A DNA stretch of 40,288 nt, from contig JACPTD010000007.1 in the NCBI GenBank assembly GCA_016192955.1, forward strand, positions 1 through 40,288. Reading direction: 5' to 3'. Shown here in pieces: positions 7,805 to 17,537 of this stretch. Origin of the DNA: Candidatus Woesearchaeota archaeon (GTDB lineage: Archaea > Nanobdellota > Nanobdellia > Woesearchaeales > GW2011-AR4). The position numbers and the translations under genes were made by a program. Numbering within the stretch: the stretch's first letter is position 1; each line of letters starts with the position of its first letter. The notes under the pieces were generated by a model. That model was not told where the DNA came from and did no database searches. It saw nothing but the letters and a program-made list of their open reading frames with translations.

Positions 7805-8947
7805 ATGAAAACAATCAAGCCAATCAAGCTGGCAATAGTAATGCCCACTCATTTTGATGTAGATTCTTCATTAACCAATTTTCTTAAGTCTTATAAGTGC
7901 CTTATAGAAAAAAAGGGGATGGATGTGACTTTGTTTACTGACAAAAAAAACAATGCCAGCTATGATGAATACAAGATAAAGACTGAAAAAATAAACTGCA
8001 TTGACTACAGGACATTGCTGGAAAAGATATTGCTTGTTTTGGGCATTCCGAGATTTTACTGCACGGACCTGATTGAAAAATTAAAGAGGTATGATGTGAT
8101 AACGTCAAACAACCCTGAATTTTATGCTTTTGCGTATCAAGCTTACAATGCAGCTAAAAGATACAATGCAAGGCTTATCCTGAGAACATCCCAGACAGTG
8201 GAAGGGTTTTTCCTATTTAAGCTTACAAAGCATATAATATCCCCGATTGTTAAAAGGGCATATGACTATTCAAAGTTCTGCATCTTCACAAATCCGCAGG
8301 CTGAAGAAAGGTGCCTGAAGCTTGGATTATTGAAAGACAATAAAAAAAGCATCATAACAGGGCACCCGGTTGATGTAAACTGCTTCAAGCCAATGAATGT
8401 AGATAAGCCAAAAAAAACAATTTTGCTTTCTGTTGGCGGATTGTATAAGATTAAGGGCCATCATCTAATCATAAGGGCATTGAAGAGGGTGATAGAAAAA
8501 GGATATGGGGATGCAGAGTTATGGATAGTGGGAAAGGGCTATTATAAGGATAGCTTAACAGGACTGGCAGAAAAGCTTGCTATAAAGGATAAAGTGAAAT
8601 TCCTCGGCAGCAAAAACCACTCTGAATTGGCAAGAATTTACAACATGTCAAGCATCTTTGTTCTGGCAAACCTTCAGGAGATAACGCCTGCTGTTAACGA
8701 GGCATTGGCGTGCCAGAAGCCGGTTGTTGTCATGGAATGCGGCGGTTATGAATTTTCCATGCCAGATGAAAATTATGGGCTAATAGCAAGGAAATCTGAT
8801 CCAGACGACATGGCAGACAAGATATTATTGCTGATAAAAAACAGAAAGTTGGCTGAAAGAATTGCAAGAAACGGAAGAAAAAGAGTCTTAGAAAATTTTT
8901 CAATAGAGAAAGTCGCTGAAAAATTATACAGGGCATACACTGAATGA
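7805..8947 (+). CDS. Glycosyltransferase, GT-B fold (GT4-like).
   Basis: LLSVGGLYKIKGHHLIIRA and the C-terminal nucleotide-sugar binding region EITPAVNEALACQKPVVV. ATG 7805 is preferred over the TTG at 7793. Confidence 0.75.
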   Translation: MKTIKPIKLAIVMPTHFDVDSSLTNFLKSYKCLIEKKGMDVTLFTDKKNNASYDEYKIKTEKINCIDYRTLLEKILLVLGIPRFYCTDLIEKLKRYDVITSNNPEFYAFAYQAYNAAKRYNARLILRTSQTVEGFFLFKLTKHIISPIVKRAYDYSKFCIFTNPQAEERCLKLGLLKDNKKSIITGHPVDVNCFKPMNVDKPKKTILLSVGGLYKIKGHHLIIRALKRVIEKGYGDAELWIVGKGYYKDSLTGLAEKLAIKDKVKFLGSKNHSELARIYNMSSIFVLANLQEITPAVNEALACQKPVVVMECGGYEFSMPDENYGLIARKSDPDDMADKILLLIKNRKLAERIARNGRKRVLENFSIEKVAEKLYRAYTE

Positions 8948-8991
8948 TACTTTCATAACCTTTATAAAGCATATTTAAGCGCCTTAAGGCA

Positions 8992-9579
8992 ATGAAAAAA
9001 CCCTTTATTCACCCTACTGCAGATGTGTCCAAGCAGGCTGAATTAGGCGCTAATGCAAAGGTCTGGCACCAGTGCCAAATAAGGGAAAATGCCAGAATAG
9101 GCGATAACTCCATACTTGGGAAGAATGTATATATAGACCATGATGTCGTGATAGGAAGCAATGTCAAGGTCCAAAATAATGCGTCAGTCTATTTTGGCTC
9201 AAAAATCGAGGATGGGGTTTTTATAGGGCCTAATGCGTGCCTGACAAACGACAAAGCGCCAAGGGCTATAGCAAAAAACGGAAAGCTCAAAACCGGCAAG
9301 GAGTGGGTTGCAGGCAGGATTATTGTCAAAAAAGGCGCTTCCATTGGCGCTGGTTCTGTAATATTGCCTGACGTAACAATTGGCAGGTTTGCAATGATTG
9401 GAGCAGGATCCCTTGTCACAAAGAGCGTCCCGGATTACGCTTTGGTTTATGGCAGCCCTGCTGAATTAAAGGGGTATGTGTGCAGATGCGGAGCTAAAAT
9501 AAAAGACATTGAAGAAAAAGGAAAAAAAATGATCCTGTTTTGCGCAAAGTGCAGAGAAAAGGTTGCAACAGCAAAGTAA
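8992..9579 (+). CDS. Left-handed beta-helix N-acetyltransferase, WbpD/WlbB-like (UDP-2-acetamido-3-amino-2,3-dideoxy-glucuronate N-acetyltransferase type), with a C-terminal 4-Cys tail.
   Basis: IHPTADVS...GANAKVWHQCQIRENARIGDNSILGKNVYID and FIGPNACLTNDKAPRA. The tail is CRCG...CAKC. Confidence 0.7.
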   Translation: MKKPFIHPTADVSKQAELGANAKVWHQCQIRENARIGDNSILGKNVYIDHDVVIGSNVKVQNNASVYFGSKIEDGVFIGPNACLTNDKAPRAIAKNGKLKTGKEWVAGRIIVKKGASIGAGSVILPDVTIGRFAMIGAGSLVTKSVPDYALVYGSPAELKGYVCRCGAKIKDIEEKGKKMILFCAKCREKVATAK

Positions 9580-9580
9580 A

Positions 9581-10681
9581 ATGATACCCATTGCCAAGCC
9601 GCTTATAGGCTCCGAGGAGATAAACGCAATTGCCGATGTTATAAAATCAGGAATGATTGCCCAGGGCCAAAGAGTTGAGAAATTTGAATCTCTTTTTGCT
9701 GAATTATGCGGCACAGAATTTGCCGTGGCTGTGAATAGCGGAACAGCGGCATTGCACGCAGCTTTAAAGGCTTCAGGAGTGAAGCATGGTGATGAAGTGA
9801 TAACTACACCTTTCACTTTTATTGCAACTGCAAACACAATTCTTATGCAGGGTGCCAAGCCTGTTTTTGCTGATATTGATGAAGCCACTTTTAACATAAG
9901 CCCGGAAAAAATCCAGCAAAAAGTCGGGAAAAAAACAAAAGCCATTGTTACCGTGGACTTGTACGGGCATCTTTGCGATTATGATAAAATAGGGGAAATA
10001 GCCAAGGATAAAAGCCTCATTGTTATTGAGGATGCGTGCCAATCTGTCAATGCTGAATACAACGGCAAAAAATCCGGCAGCTTTGGAGATATTGCTGGAT
10101 TTTCTTTTTATGCAACTAAAAACATCACTTGCGGAGAAGGGGGAGCGATAACAACCAACAACAGGGAATATGCAGAAAATGCCAGGTTATTCAGGCAGCA
10201 TGGCAGAGCCAGCATGCGCCAGTATGAGCACACAGAGCTTGGGTACAATTACAGGATGACTGACATAAGCGCGGCAATGCTTCTTGAGCAGCTTAAAAAA
10301 CTCGAGCTTATAACAAAAAGAAGAATTGAAAATGCTGAATACCTAAGCAAAGGGCTTTCAAAGATTAAGGGCATAAAGGTGCCTGTTGTCAAAAAAGGCT
10401 ATAAGCATGTTTTCCACCAGTATACAATAAAAGTCGAGGACAGCTTTAAATTGAATCGGGACGAGTTGGCTAAGCATTTAAACAAAAAAGGAATTGGCTG
10501 CAGCGTTTATTACCCAAAACCGCTGCATTTATACAATCACTTCAAAAGGCTTGGGTACAAAAGCGGAGATTTTCCGGTTGCTGAAAAATTAAGCAGGCAG
10601 GTCATTTCTTTGCCTGTCTACCCGCAGCTGGAAAAAGAGCAATTGAACCGGATAGTTGACGCTTTTGGGGAGCTTGAATAG
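9581..10681 (+). CDS. DegT/DnrJ/EryC1-family PLP-dependent sugar aminotransferase (WbpE-like).
   Basis: IPIAKPLIGSEE, NSGTAALHAAL, and FSFYATKNITCGEGG (PLP lysine). The ATG lies 1 nt after the preceding stop. Confidence 0.85.
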   Translation: MIPIAKPLIGSEEINAIADVIKSGMIAQGQRVEKFESLFAELCGTEFAVAVNSGTAALHAALKASGVKHGDEVITTPFTFIATANTILMQGAKPVFADIDEATFNISPEKIQQKVGKKTKAIVTVDLYGHLCDYDKIGEIAKDKSLIVIEDACQSVNAEYNGKKSGSFGDIAGFSFYATKNITCGEGGAITTNNREYAENARLFRQHGRASMRQYEHTELGYNYRMTDISAAMLLEQLKKLELITKRRIENAEYLSKGLSKIKGIKVPVVKKGYKHVFHQYTIKVEDSFKLNRDELAKHLNKKGIGCSVYYPKPLHLYNHFKRLGYKSGDFPVAEKLSRQVISLPVYPQLEKEQLNRIVDAFGELE

Positions 10682-10682
10682 A

Positions 10683-11681
10683 ATGGATAAGATTAATGTA
10701 GCTGTTATAGGCACGGGCGCAATGGGCAAAAACCATGCAAGGGTTTATTCAGAGATAGGCAATGCCGAATTGGTTGCGGTATGCGATGCCAATAAAGAGC
10801 GGGCAAAGAGCATTTCTGATTTATATAATGCGAATTGCTACACTGACTACAAAGAAATGCTAAAAAAAGAAAAGATAGAAGCTGCTTCCGTATGCGTGCC
10901 AACAGTGCTTCATAAACAAGTTGCAACTGATGTCATAAAAAAGAAGGTTAATGTCCTTGTGGAAAAGCCCATAGCTGCAGCGATAAATGATGCAAGAGAA
11001 ATCATAAATGAAGCTGAGAAGAACAAGGTGAAGCTTATGGTGGGGCATATAGAAAGATTCAATCCGGTTGTCATTGAACTGAAAAAAAGGATAAGAAAAA
11101 ACCAGCTTGGCAAGATTTATAATGTCCATTGCGCAAGGATGGGGCCGACAGCCCAGAGAATAACGGATGTTGGAGTCATAATAGACCTGGCAATACACGA
11201 GATTGATATACTTAAGCACCTAATCAACTCAAAAATCAAGAGAGTCTATGCCGAAACCGCCCAAAGAATACACTCAACTCATGAAGACATGCTGATAGGC
11301 ACAATAAGGTTCGAAAACGGCGTGCTTGGAGTCATAAACTCGAATTGGCTCACTCCGAAGATAGTGAGGGAAATTTCTGTGGCAGGGGAAAATGGAATGT
11401 TCGTGGCAGATTATTTCAAGCAGGAATTATATTTTTACGAGAATGAATTTGCCAGGAGAAAGCTGATGCATAAATTTTACTCAATGATGGTTCTGGAAGG
11501 CAAAAAAAGAAGGATAAAAATAAAAAACAGTGAGCCTCTCAAAAATGAGCTTGTTGCATTTGTTGGCTGCTGCATGAGCAACGGCAATGTACCTATAACA
11601 GGAAATGATGGTTTGGATGCGCTCTATGTTGCGCAAAAGTTCATTGAATCGTCAAAAAAAAATGAAGTGATGGTGCTATGA
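10683..11681 (+). CDS. Gfo/Idh/MocA-family NAD-dependent sugar oxidoreductase (WbpB-like).
   Basis: INVAVIGTGAMGKNHARVY, VLVEKP and GHIERFNP. The ATG lies 1 nt after the DegT stop. Confidence 0.8.
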   Translation: MDKINVAVIGTGAMGKNHARVYSEIGNAELVAVCDANKERAKSISDLYNANCYTDYKEMLKKEKIEAASVCVPTVLHKQVATDVIKKKVNVLVEKPIAAAINDAREIINEAEKNKVKLMVGHIERFNPVVIELKKRIRKNQLGKIYNVHCARMGPTAQRITDVGVIIDLAIHEIDILKHLINSKIKRVYAETAQRIHSTHEDMLIGTIRFENGVLGVINSNWLTPKIVREISVAGENGMFVADYFKQELYFYENEFARRKLMHKFYSMMVLEGKKRRIKIKNSEPLKNELVAFVGCCMSNGNVPITGNDGLDALYVAQKFIESSKKNEVMVL

Positions 11682-12874
11682 GGATAAGCGTTGTCGGCCT
11701 TGGAAAGGCAGGGCTTCCGCTGGCAGCTGTGATAGCTGACAAAGGATTTGATGTATTGGGTGTGGACTTGGACAAAAATAAAGTTGAAAAGATAAACAAA
11801 GGAATCAATCCGCTGGAAGAGGAGCCCGGATTAAAGAGGCTGATAAGCAGCAATGCAGGCAGCCATTTGAAAGCCACAAGCGATCCAATCAAGGCTGCAA
11901 AGTCCTGCAATGTCCATATTATAGTTGTCCCTCTTTTTATAGGCAAAAACAAAAAGCCGGATTTTTCCATGCTAAAAAATGCTCTTGAGAGCCTGGCAAA
12001 ATGCCTTAAGAGAAATGATATTGTGATTTTGGAAACCACTGTTCCTGTTGGAACAACCGAAAATTTTGTTAAAAAAATACTGGAGAAGGGCTCTGGATTA
12101 AAGGCTGGGCGCGATTTTTATCTTGCTTATAGCCCGGAAAGGATAATGACTGGGTATTCTATAAGCAGGTACGTGGACTTTCCAAAGCTGATTGGCGGAA
12201 TTGATGAAAAAAGCACAGAAAAAGCCTATAAGGTATATAGCTCATTCATAAGCACGCCTGTAAAAGTAAGCAATGCAAGAACAGCAGAGCTTGCAAAAAT
12301 AGCTGAAGGAGTGTACAGGGATGTTAATATTGCCCTGGCAAACGAGCTGTTTATGGCTTCTGAGCACTATAACGTTGATTTTTGGGAGATGAGGGACGCT
12401 GCAAAGCATGAGTTTTGCAATATTCTGGAGCCCGGTAATGTTGGAGGGCATTGTATACCCATTTATCCATGGTTCTTGATTAATGAGCTTGATGCGCCAT
12501 TGGCTAAAGCTGCAAGGGAATTAAATGACGGCATGATTCATTATTACATGAAAAAAATTGAAAGGCTCAATGGAAAAAAAGGAAAAAAAGTCGGCATCAT
12601 TGGATTAAGCTACAGGGAAGGCGTAAAGGAAAAGGCTTACAGCAGGTCTGCAGCTTTAATTGATTTGCTGAAGAAAAAAGGCTATGATGTTTATGGAATA
12701 GACCCTTTGTACTCAAAAGAAGAAATAAAAAAAGAATTTGGAATAAATCATTTAGAGAATTTCAATAAGATGGATGTAATAATTTTGATGAATGAGGAGT
12801 TTGGGTATAAAGATAAATTAAAAAGGATTAAAAATAAAGTTATTGATGTAAAAAACGTTCTAATTAAACAATAA
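11678..12874 (+). CDS. Nucleotide-sugar 6-dehydrogenase (WbpA/WecC-like). Second paralogue in the window.
   Basis: ISVVGLGKAGLPLA, GGHCIPIYPWF and GLSYREGVKE. The start overlaps the upstream stop by 4 nt. Confidence 0.8.
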   Translation: MRISVVGLGKAGLPLAAVIADKGFDVLGVDLDKNKVEKINKGINPLEEEPGLKRLISSNAGSHLKATSDPIKAAKSCNVHIIVVPLFIGKNKKPDFSMLKNALESLAKCLKRNDIVILETTVPVGTTENFVKKILEKGSGLKAGRDFYLAYSPERIMTGYSISRYVDFPKLIGGIDEKSTEKAYKVYSSFISTPVKVSNARTAELAKIAEGVYRDVNIALANELFMASEHYNVDFWEMRDAAKHEFCNILEPGNVGGHCIPIYPWFLINELDAPLAKAARELNDGMIHYYMKKIERLNGKKGKKVGIIGLSYREGVKEKAYSRSAALIDLLKKKGYDVYGIDPLYSKEEIKKEFGINHLENFNKMDVIILMNEEFGYKDKLKRIKNKVIDVKNVLIKQ

Positions 12875-12886
12875 GTTATTTATAAA

Positions 12887-13561
12887 ATGGAATGCAATTT
12901 CACATATAGGCACTACAAAGAAACAATTAGCTTGGGTAAAAAGCTCGGATTTTCTTTTTATTGCATGCATGATTTTTTAAAGGAAAAACCTAAAAATAAG
13001 TTTATAGTTATGAGGCATGACGTTGACCTGTCATTGAAACATGCGCTTGCCATGGCTAAAGCAGAACATTCTTTGGGAATTAGGTCAACTTATTTTATAA
13101 GGACCAAAGGGCCTTTCAACCCGTTTGAAAGGAAGAATATTGGGATTGTAAGGCAAATATCAAAGCTTGGGCATGAGATAGGCATCCATTACGAGCTTGG
13201 CAGTGCGCCAATGAACAGCTTCAAAAAGATTTTTTTAAACAACAAAAAAAAGCTTGAAAGGCTGCTGGGGAAAAAAATTTTCGGGGCAGCGCTCCACAAG
13301 ACGAAAAATCTCCATGATAAGAAGCTTAAAAAACTGAATATCGCTGAAGGTTTATTAAATGAGTTTGGTCTGGAATATGACGCCTACTCCGATATATTTA
13401 TTAAAAAAATGAGGTATATATCCGACAGCGCTTATAGGTGGAGGGAAGGGTGCATGTGCAGCCACATCAAAAAAGAGAGCAGGCTGTGCATTTTGACCCA
13501 TCCAATCTGGTGGTCGAACAAAACATCATCGCTTGTAAGCATTATAGAGGAGCTTCTTTAA
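12887..13561 (+). CDS. Polysaccharide deacetylase-like protein (divergent CE4-type). Tentative.
   Basis: FIVMRHDVDLSL...GIRSTYFI and GHEIGIHY resemble the CE4 Asp/His metal motifs. Confidence 0.45.
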   Translation: MECNFTYRHYKETISLGKKLGFSFYCMHDFLKEKPKNKFIVMRHDVDLSLKHALAMAKAEHSLGIRSTYFIRTKGPFNPFERKNIGIVRQISKLGHEIGIHYELGSAPMNSFKKIFLNNKKKLERLLGKKIFGAALHKTKNLHDKKLKKLNIAEGLLNEFGLEYDAYSDIFIKKMRYISDSAYRWREGCMCSHIKKESRLCILTHPIWWSNKTSSLVSIIEELL

Positions 13562-13564
13562 AGC

Positions 13565-14350
13565 TCATTTTAGAGCCAAAATCCCGATTACCTCTTTTAC
13601 CGTCGTGAATTTTTTATTGCTTTTGAACTCATTTTCTGCAACGCTCCTAAACTTGTCCAGCTTATTTTTGTTGCCTATGCTGTAAGAGAGCCAGTACTCC
13701 GCAAGCGAATCAATGCCAGGGAAGGTGACTGGATTTTCAAACTTGAAAACTTCAACATTTCTGAAATTTTTTTTCAAAAAAGGCACAGCAAAATTTTCAA
13801 AAAAGCCCCTATGCATCTCTGGAAGCTTTGCTATTTTGCTGTGCAGCTCAAGCAATGCCTTGTTGTTGTTTATGCCGGGCCCGCAAATGAAAAGCCTGCC
13901 GTTTTCCTTCAGGAGACCTTTTAACTGCGTTATGGTTTTGTCTGGCTTCCTGCTGTAGTAAATGGCAAAGCATGAAATTATGACATCGAATTTTGGGAAA
14001 TGCTTTAATTTATCATACATACCCTCTATTGAAGATAAAACCATCTTGATGTGTGGCTTGCTGCCAATCATGCTCTTTACATAATTCAGAGATTTCTCGC
14101 TTAAATCAACGCCCACAACCAATCCTTTTGTTTTTTCGGCTATCGGGATAAACTGCTTTCCGGTTCCGCACCCGACATCCAAAACAGAATCTGTGGCCTT
14201 TATTTTTATTATGCCAAAAATCCACTTGTTAATATCGCGCTTTGAGTACTTATCATGCGTTTCTATTCTTTTTGCAAGCTTCTCCTTGTCTGTATTTGGA
14301 TTGTGCATATTACCAGAATGATTTTTGCTTGTCTGAGAAAAACATGGCAA
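13565..14350 (-). CDS. Class I SAM-dependent methyltransferase.
   Basis: Motif I VLDVGCGTGKQ, plus DVIISCFAIYY. An alternative start at ATG 14308 is possible. Confidence 0.75.
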   Translation of the reverse strand: MPCFSQTSKNHSGNMHNPNTDKEKLAKRIETHDKYSKRDINKWIFGIIKIKATDSVLDVGCGTGKQFIPIAEKTKGLVVGVDLSEKSLNYVKSMIGSKPHIKMVLSSIEGMYDKLKHFPKFDVIISCFAIYYSRKPDKTITQLKGLLKENGRLFICGPGINNNKALLELHSKIAKLPEMHRGFFENFAVPFLKKNFRNVEVFKFENPVTFPGIDSLAEYWLSYSIGNKNKLDKFRSVAENEFKSNKKFTTVKEVIGILALK

Positions 14351-14503
14351 TGTTATTAAACTTTATCTTTTCCGTCCTATAAGGAAAATTTCTTGAATTT
14401 TCTACTTTAAAACAGCAATGTTTTTAAATGCAGCAGCTCCTCAATCTTACTTGGGGTTTTTTGATGAATCTTTGTTTAAATTTGACACTTTGCTGGTTTA
14501 AAC

Positions 14504-15649
14504 ATGAATATACTCATTGTAAGCTACATATACCCTAATAAGAGCGACCTTCGCCTCGGGCTCTTCGTTCACGAGCAGGCAAAAGAGCTTGTAAGGCAGG
14601 GGCATAAGGTTTTTGTACTGACTGCGAGCCCTGATTCTGATGAAAAGGAAGTTTTTGAAAATGTAGTTGTTTACAGGATAAAAGCTCCAAATCTTTTAAG
14701 CGGCGCGCTTTTCAATTTCAAGGCTTTCTCCAGAATTATTAAGTTAACGGGCAAAATAGACATAATTCACCTGCATTTTGTCGGGCTTAACTCTGTTATG
14801 GGCTGGATTACTTCTAAAATCATTAAAGTTCCTCTGGTAGCCACTGTGCACGGGATTGACATCTGCCCAAAAAATCCGCTTCACAGCATTTTAATAAGAT
14901 TTTACCTGTCATTCCCAAAAAGAATCATGGCCGTAAGCAGGTTTATTTATGAGCTTGCAGCCTTAAACGCCGATAAGGGGAAATTAAGGATTGTAAATAA
15001 CGGGGTTGATTTAAGCAAATTAAAAACAACAAAGAAAAAGGAAATTCTAAAAAAAGAATTGGGGCTTGAGAATAAGAAGATATTGCTTTCTGTTGGCTGC
15101 CTTGTGAACAGAAAAGGGATGGATATTATAATAAATGCCCTGCCTGATGTCATCAAAAGCGTGCCTAATCTTGCATATTTGATTATAGGCAAGGGTGACG
15201 AAGAAGCAAACCTAAAAAATCTTGTAAAGTCACTAAACTTACAGGGTAATGTAAGATTTATAGGGTATGTAAGCAATAAGGAGATTGGCAATTATTTTAA
15301 TTTGTGCGATATTTTTGTCTTGATGAGCAACACTATAAAGGAAAAAGGCGGTATAGAGGGTTTTGGTATAGTGTACATAGAAGCATCTGCAATGGGAAAG
15401 CCTGTCATTGGGGGAAAATCCGGAGGCACAGGAGATTCTATTGTGGATAACGTAACAGGATTCAGGATAATGCCAGACAACCATCAAGAGTTAAGTAGAA
15501 AGCTTGCGCTTTTATTAAAGAACAAGAGATTAAGGGACAGAATGGGCAGGGAAGGCAGGAAGAGGGCTCTAAAAAATTTCCTATGGAAGCATAATGTTGA
15601 AAAAACCCTGAAAGTTTACAATGAAGCGATATTTATAAACCACCAATAG
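14504..15649 (+). CDS. Glycosyltransferase, GT-B fold (GT4).
   Basis: LLSVGCLVNRKGMD and GFGIVYIEASAMGKPVIGGKSGGTGDSIVDNVTGF. An A/T box TTTAAAT (14475-14481) lies about 26 nt upstream of the ATG. Confidence 0.8.
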   Translation: MNILIVSYIYPNKSDLRLGLFVHEQAKELVRQGHKVFVLTASPDSDEKEVFENVVVYRIKAPNLLSGALFNFKAFSRIIKLTGKIDIIHLHFVGLNSVMGWITSKIIKVPLVATVHGIDICPKNPLHSILIRFYLSFPKRIMAVSRFIYELAALNADKGKLRIVNNGVDLSKLKTTKKKEILKKELGLENKKILLSVGCLVNRKGMDIIINALPDVIKSVPNLAYLIIGKGDEEANLKNLVKSLNLQGNVRFIGYVSNKEIGNYFNLCDIFVLMSNTIKEKGGIEGFGIVYIEASAMGKPVIGGKSGGTGDSIVDNVTGFRIMPDNHQELSRKLALLLKNKRLRDRMGREGRKRALKNFLWKHNVEKTLKVYNEAIFINHQ

Positions 15650-15661
15650 CACCTAAAAAAC

Positions 15662-16612
15662 ATGAAATTAAAAGGCAAAAGGATATTTATCACTGGAGGA
15701 GCGGGCTTTATAGGAAGCCATCTTGTAGAGAGATTAATAGATGCCAATGAGATTGCAATATTTGATAATCTGCACAGGAACGCCCTTGCATACACAAATA
15801 TTGGCAGACATAAAAACCTAAAGCTGATCAAAGGCGATGTTCTTGATAAGGATGCTGTTGAAAAGAGCATTGGCAATGCTGACATTGCTGTCCATATGGC
15901 TGCAATTGCCGGCATAAAAACAGCAGTTGAAAAGCCAACCACAACATTAAAGACAAACCTGATGGGGAGCTATAATGCGCTCGAGGCTTGCAGGAAAAAA
16001 GGCATTGGCAGATTTATAATATTTTCAACCAGCGAGGTGTACGGACCACATATTTATGAAGCAAATGAATCCGGCGCGACAACTATCGGCCCAATTGGCA
16101 AGCCAAGGTGGGTTTATGCAATGTCAAAGCTTGCCTCTGAGTTCTTGGCGTACGGCTACGATAAGGAATACGGAATTAAATTCACAAGCGTAAGGCCGTT
16201 CAATGTCTATGGGCCAAGGCAGATTGGAGAGGGCGCAGTGCATAACTTCATTGCTAATGCAATAAAAAATAAGCCGCTTATTGTCCACAAGCCAGGAAGC
16301 CAGGTAAGGGCATGGTGCTATGTGTCAGACATGGTTGACGCATTGGAAACAATACTCATCAGCAAAAAATCAGAGGGGGAAGTGTTCAACATAGGGAATC
16401 CGCAGGCAACTTCAACGACATTGCAGACTGCAAAAACAATCATAAGGCTTTCAGGCTCCAAATCGAGAATCCATTTAGTGGATTTCAAGCATCCGGAAGT
16501 TGATATAAGGGTGCCAAGCATAGAGAAAGCCGGAAGAATTCTTAGATTCGAGCCAAAGGTTTCATTTGAAGATGGGATATCCAAAACGATCGAATGGTAC
16601 AAAAATCACTAA
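15662..16612 (+). CDS. NAD-dependent nucleotide-sugar epimerase/dehydratase (extended SDR).
   Basis: IFITGGAGFIGSHLVERL and the catalytic YAMSKLASE (YxxxK). Confidence 0.8.
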   Translation: MKLKGKRIFITGGAGFIGSHLVERLIDANEIAIFDNLHRNALAYTNIGRHKNLKLIKGDVLDKDAVEKSIGNADIAVHMAAIAGIKTAVEKPTTTLKTNLMGSYNALEACRKKGIGRFIIFSTSEVYGPHIYEANESGATTIGPIGKPRWVYAMSKLASEFLAYGYDKEYGIKFTSVRPFNVYGPRQIGEGAVHNFIANAIKNKPLIVHKPGSQVRAWCYVSDMVDALETILISKKSEGEVFNIGNPQATSTTLQTAKTIIRLSGSKSRIHLVDFKHPEVDIRVPSIEKAGRILRFEPKVSFEDGISKTIEWYKNH

Positions 16613-16613
16613 A

Positions 16614-17537
16614 ATGAAGCTGTTACTCACAGGCGCATCTGGATTCTTAGGAAAAAACTTTCTTGAGCTTGCCCAAAAGAATCTTGATATTACCGCAATA
16701 TACAACAAATCAGAGCATATTGAAAATTTTGTCAAAGAAAAAAAACTAAAAAATGTCAAACTTTTTAAATGCGACCTGACAAAAAAGAGGGAAATAGAAA
16801 AATTATTTGCCGAAATAGGCTGTAATTTTGAATGCTGCATTTACCTTGCAGGCAATGTGAATGTGCCGCTTTCCATAGCCAACCCCGCTGAAGACTTGAA
16901 CTCCAATGCAGTGGCACTTATAAATTTTCTACAAGCCTGCAATAAAATCGAAAGATTTGTTTATATATCATCAGCGGCTGTCTATGACGGCAACAAGGGC
17001 CCAGTGAGCACAAAAGCCAAACTTGACCCAGTAGTGCCGTACTGCATTTCCAAGCTCGCAACCGAGCAATACATAAAGTTTTTTTCTAATTCAGGGAAGA
17101 TTGGAAGCTATGTCATAATAAGGTTTGGCGGCGCATACGGCAAATACTCCGAGAAAAAATTTGTGAGCAAGCTTGTTGATGACATATTCTTAAAGGGCAA
17201 AAAGATTATTGAGGTTTATGGCGATGGGGCCAACATAGTCAATGTTATGCACGTGAAAGATGCGGTAAAAGCGCTTCTTGCATGCCTTAAATCAAAAAAA
17301 TCCAATGTCGTATGCAATCTTGGGCAGGAGAACATGACAATAAATGAGATAGTGAAAAGGGTGGCAAAAATATTCAACAAAAGCGTGAAAATCAGGCATA
17401 TCCCAAGAATAAAAGAGCAGAAATACATAGGATTCAGGATAAAGGCTGATTTTAATGACATTTTTAATTTTAAGCCGGAGTATTCTTTTGAGGCCGGGAT
17501 TAAAGAATTCGCAGAAAAGTTGAAAAATGAAAAGTAA
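16614..17537 (+). CDS. NAD-dependent epimerase/dehydratase (extended SDR), second copy.
   Basis: KLLLTGASGFLGKNF and YCISKLATE. ATG 16614 follows the preceding stop by 1 nt. Confidence 0.75.
   Translation: MKLLLTGASGFLGKNFLELAQKNLDITAIYNKSEHIENFVKEKKLKNVKLFKCDLTKKREIEKLFAEIGCNFECCIYLAGNVNVPLSIANPAEDLNSNAVALINFLQACNKIERFVYISSAAVYDGNKGPVSTKAKLDPVVPYCISKLATEQYIKFFSNSGKIGSYVIIRFGGAYGKYSEKKFVSKLVDDIFLKGKKIIEVYGDGANIVNVMHVKDAVKALLACLKSKKSNVVCNLGQENMTINEIVKRVAKIFNKSVKIRHIPRIKEQKYIGFRIKADFNDIFNFKPEYSFEAGIKEFAEKLKNEK

Noticed and set aside
14351-14503. Short repeats in the methyltransferase/GT4 divergent intergenic region: GCAATGTT twice and TTTTCC/GGAAAA.
   Set aside because: At 6-8 nt in AT-rich DNA they are too short to distinguish from chance.
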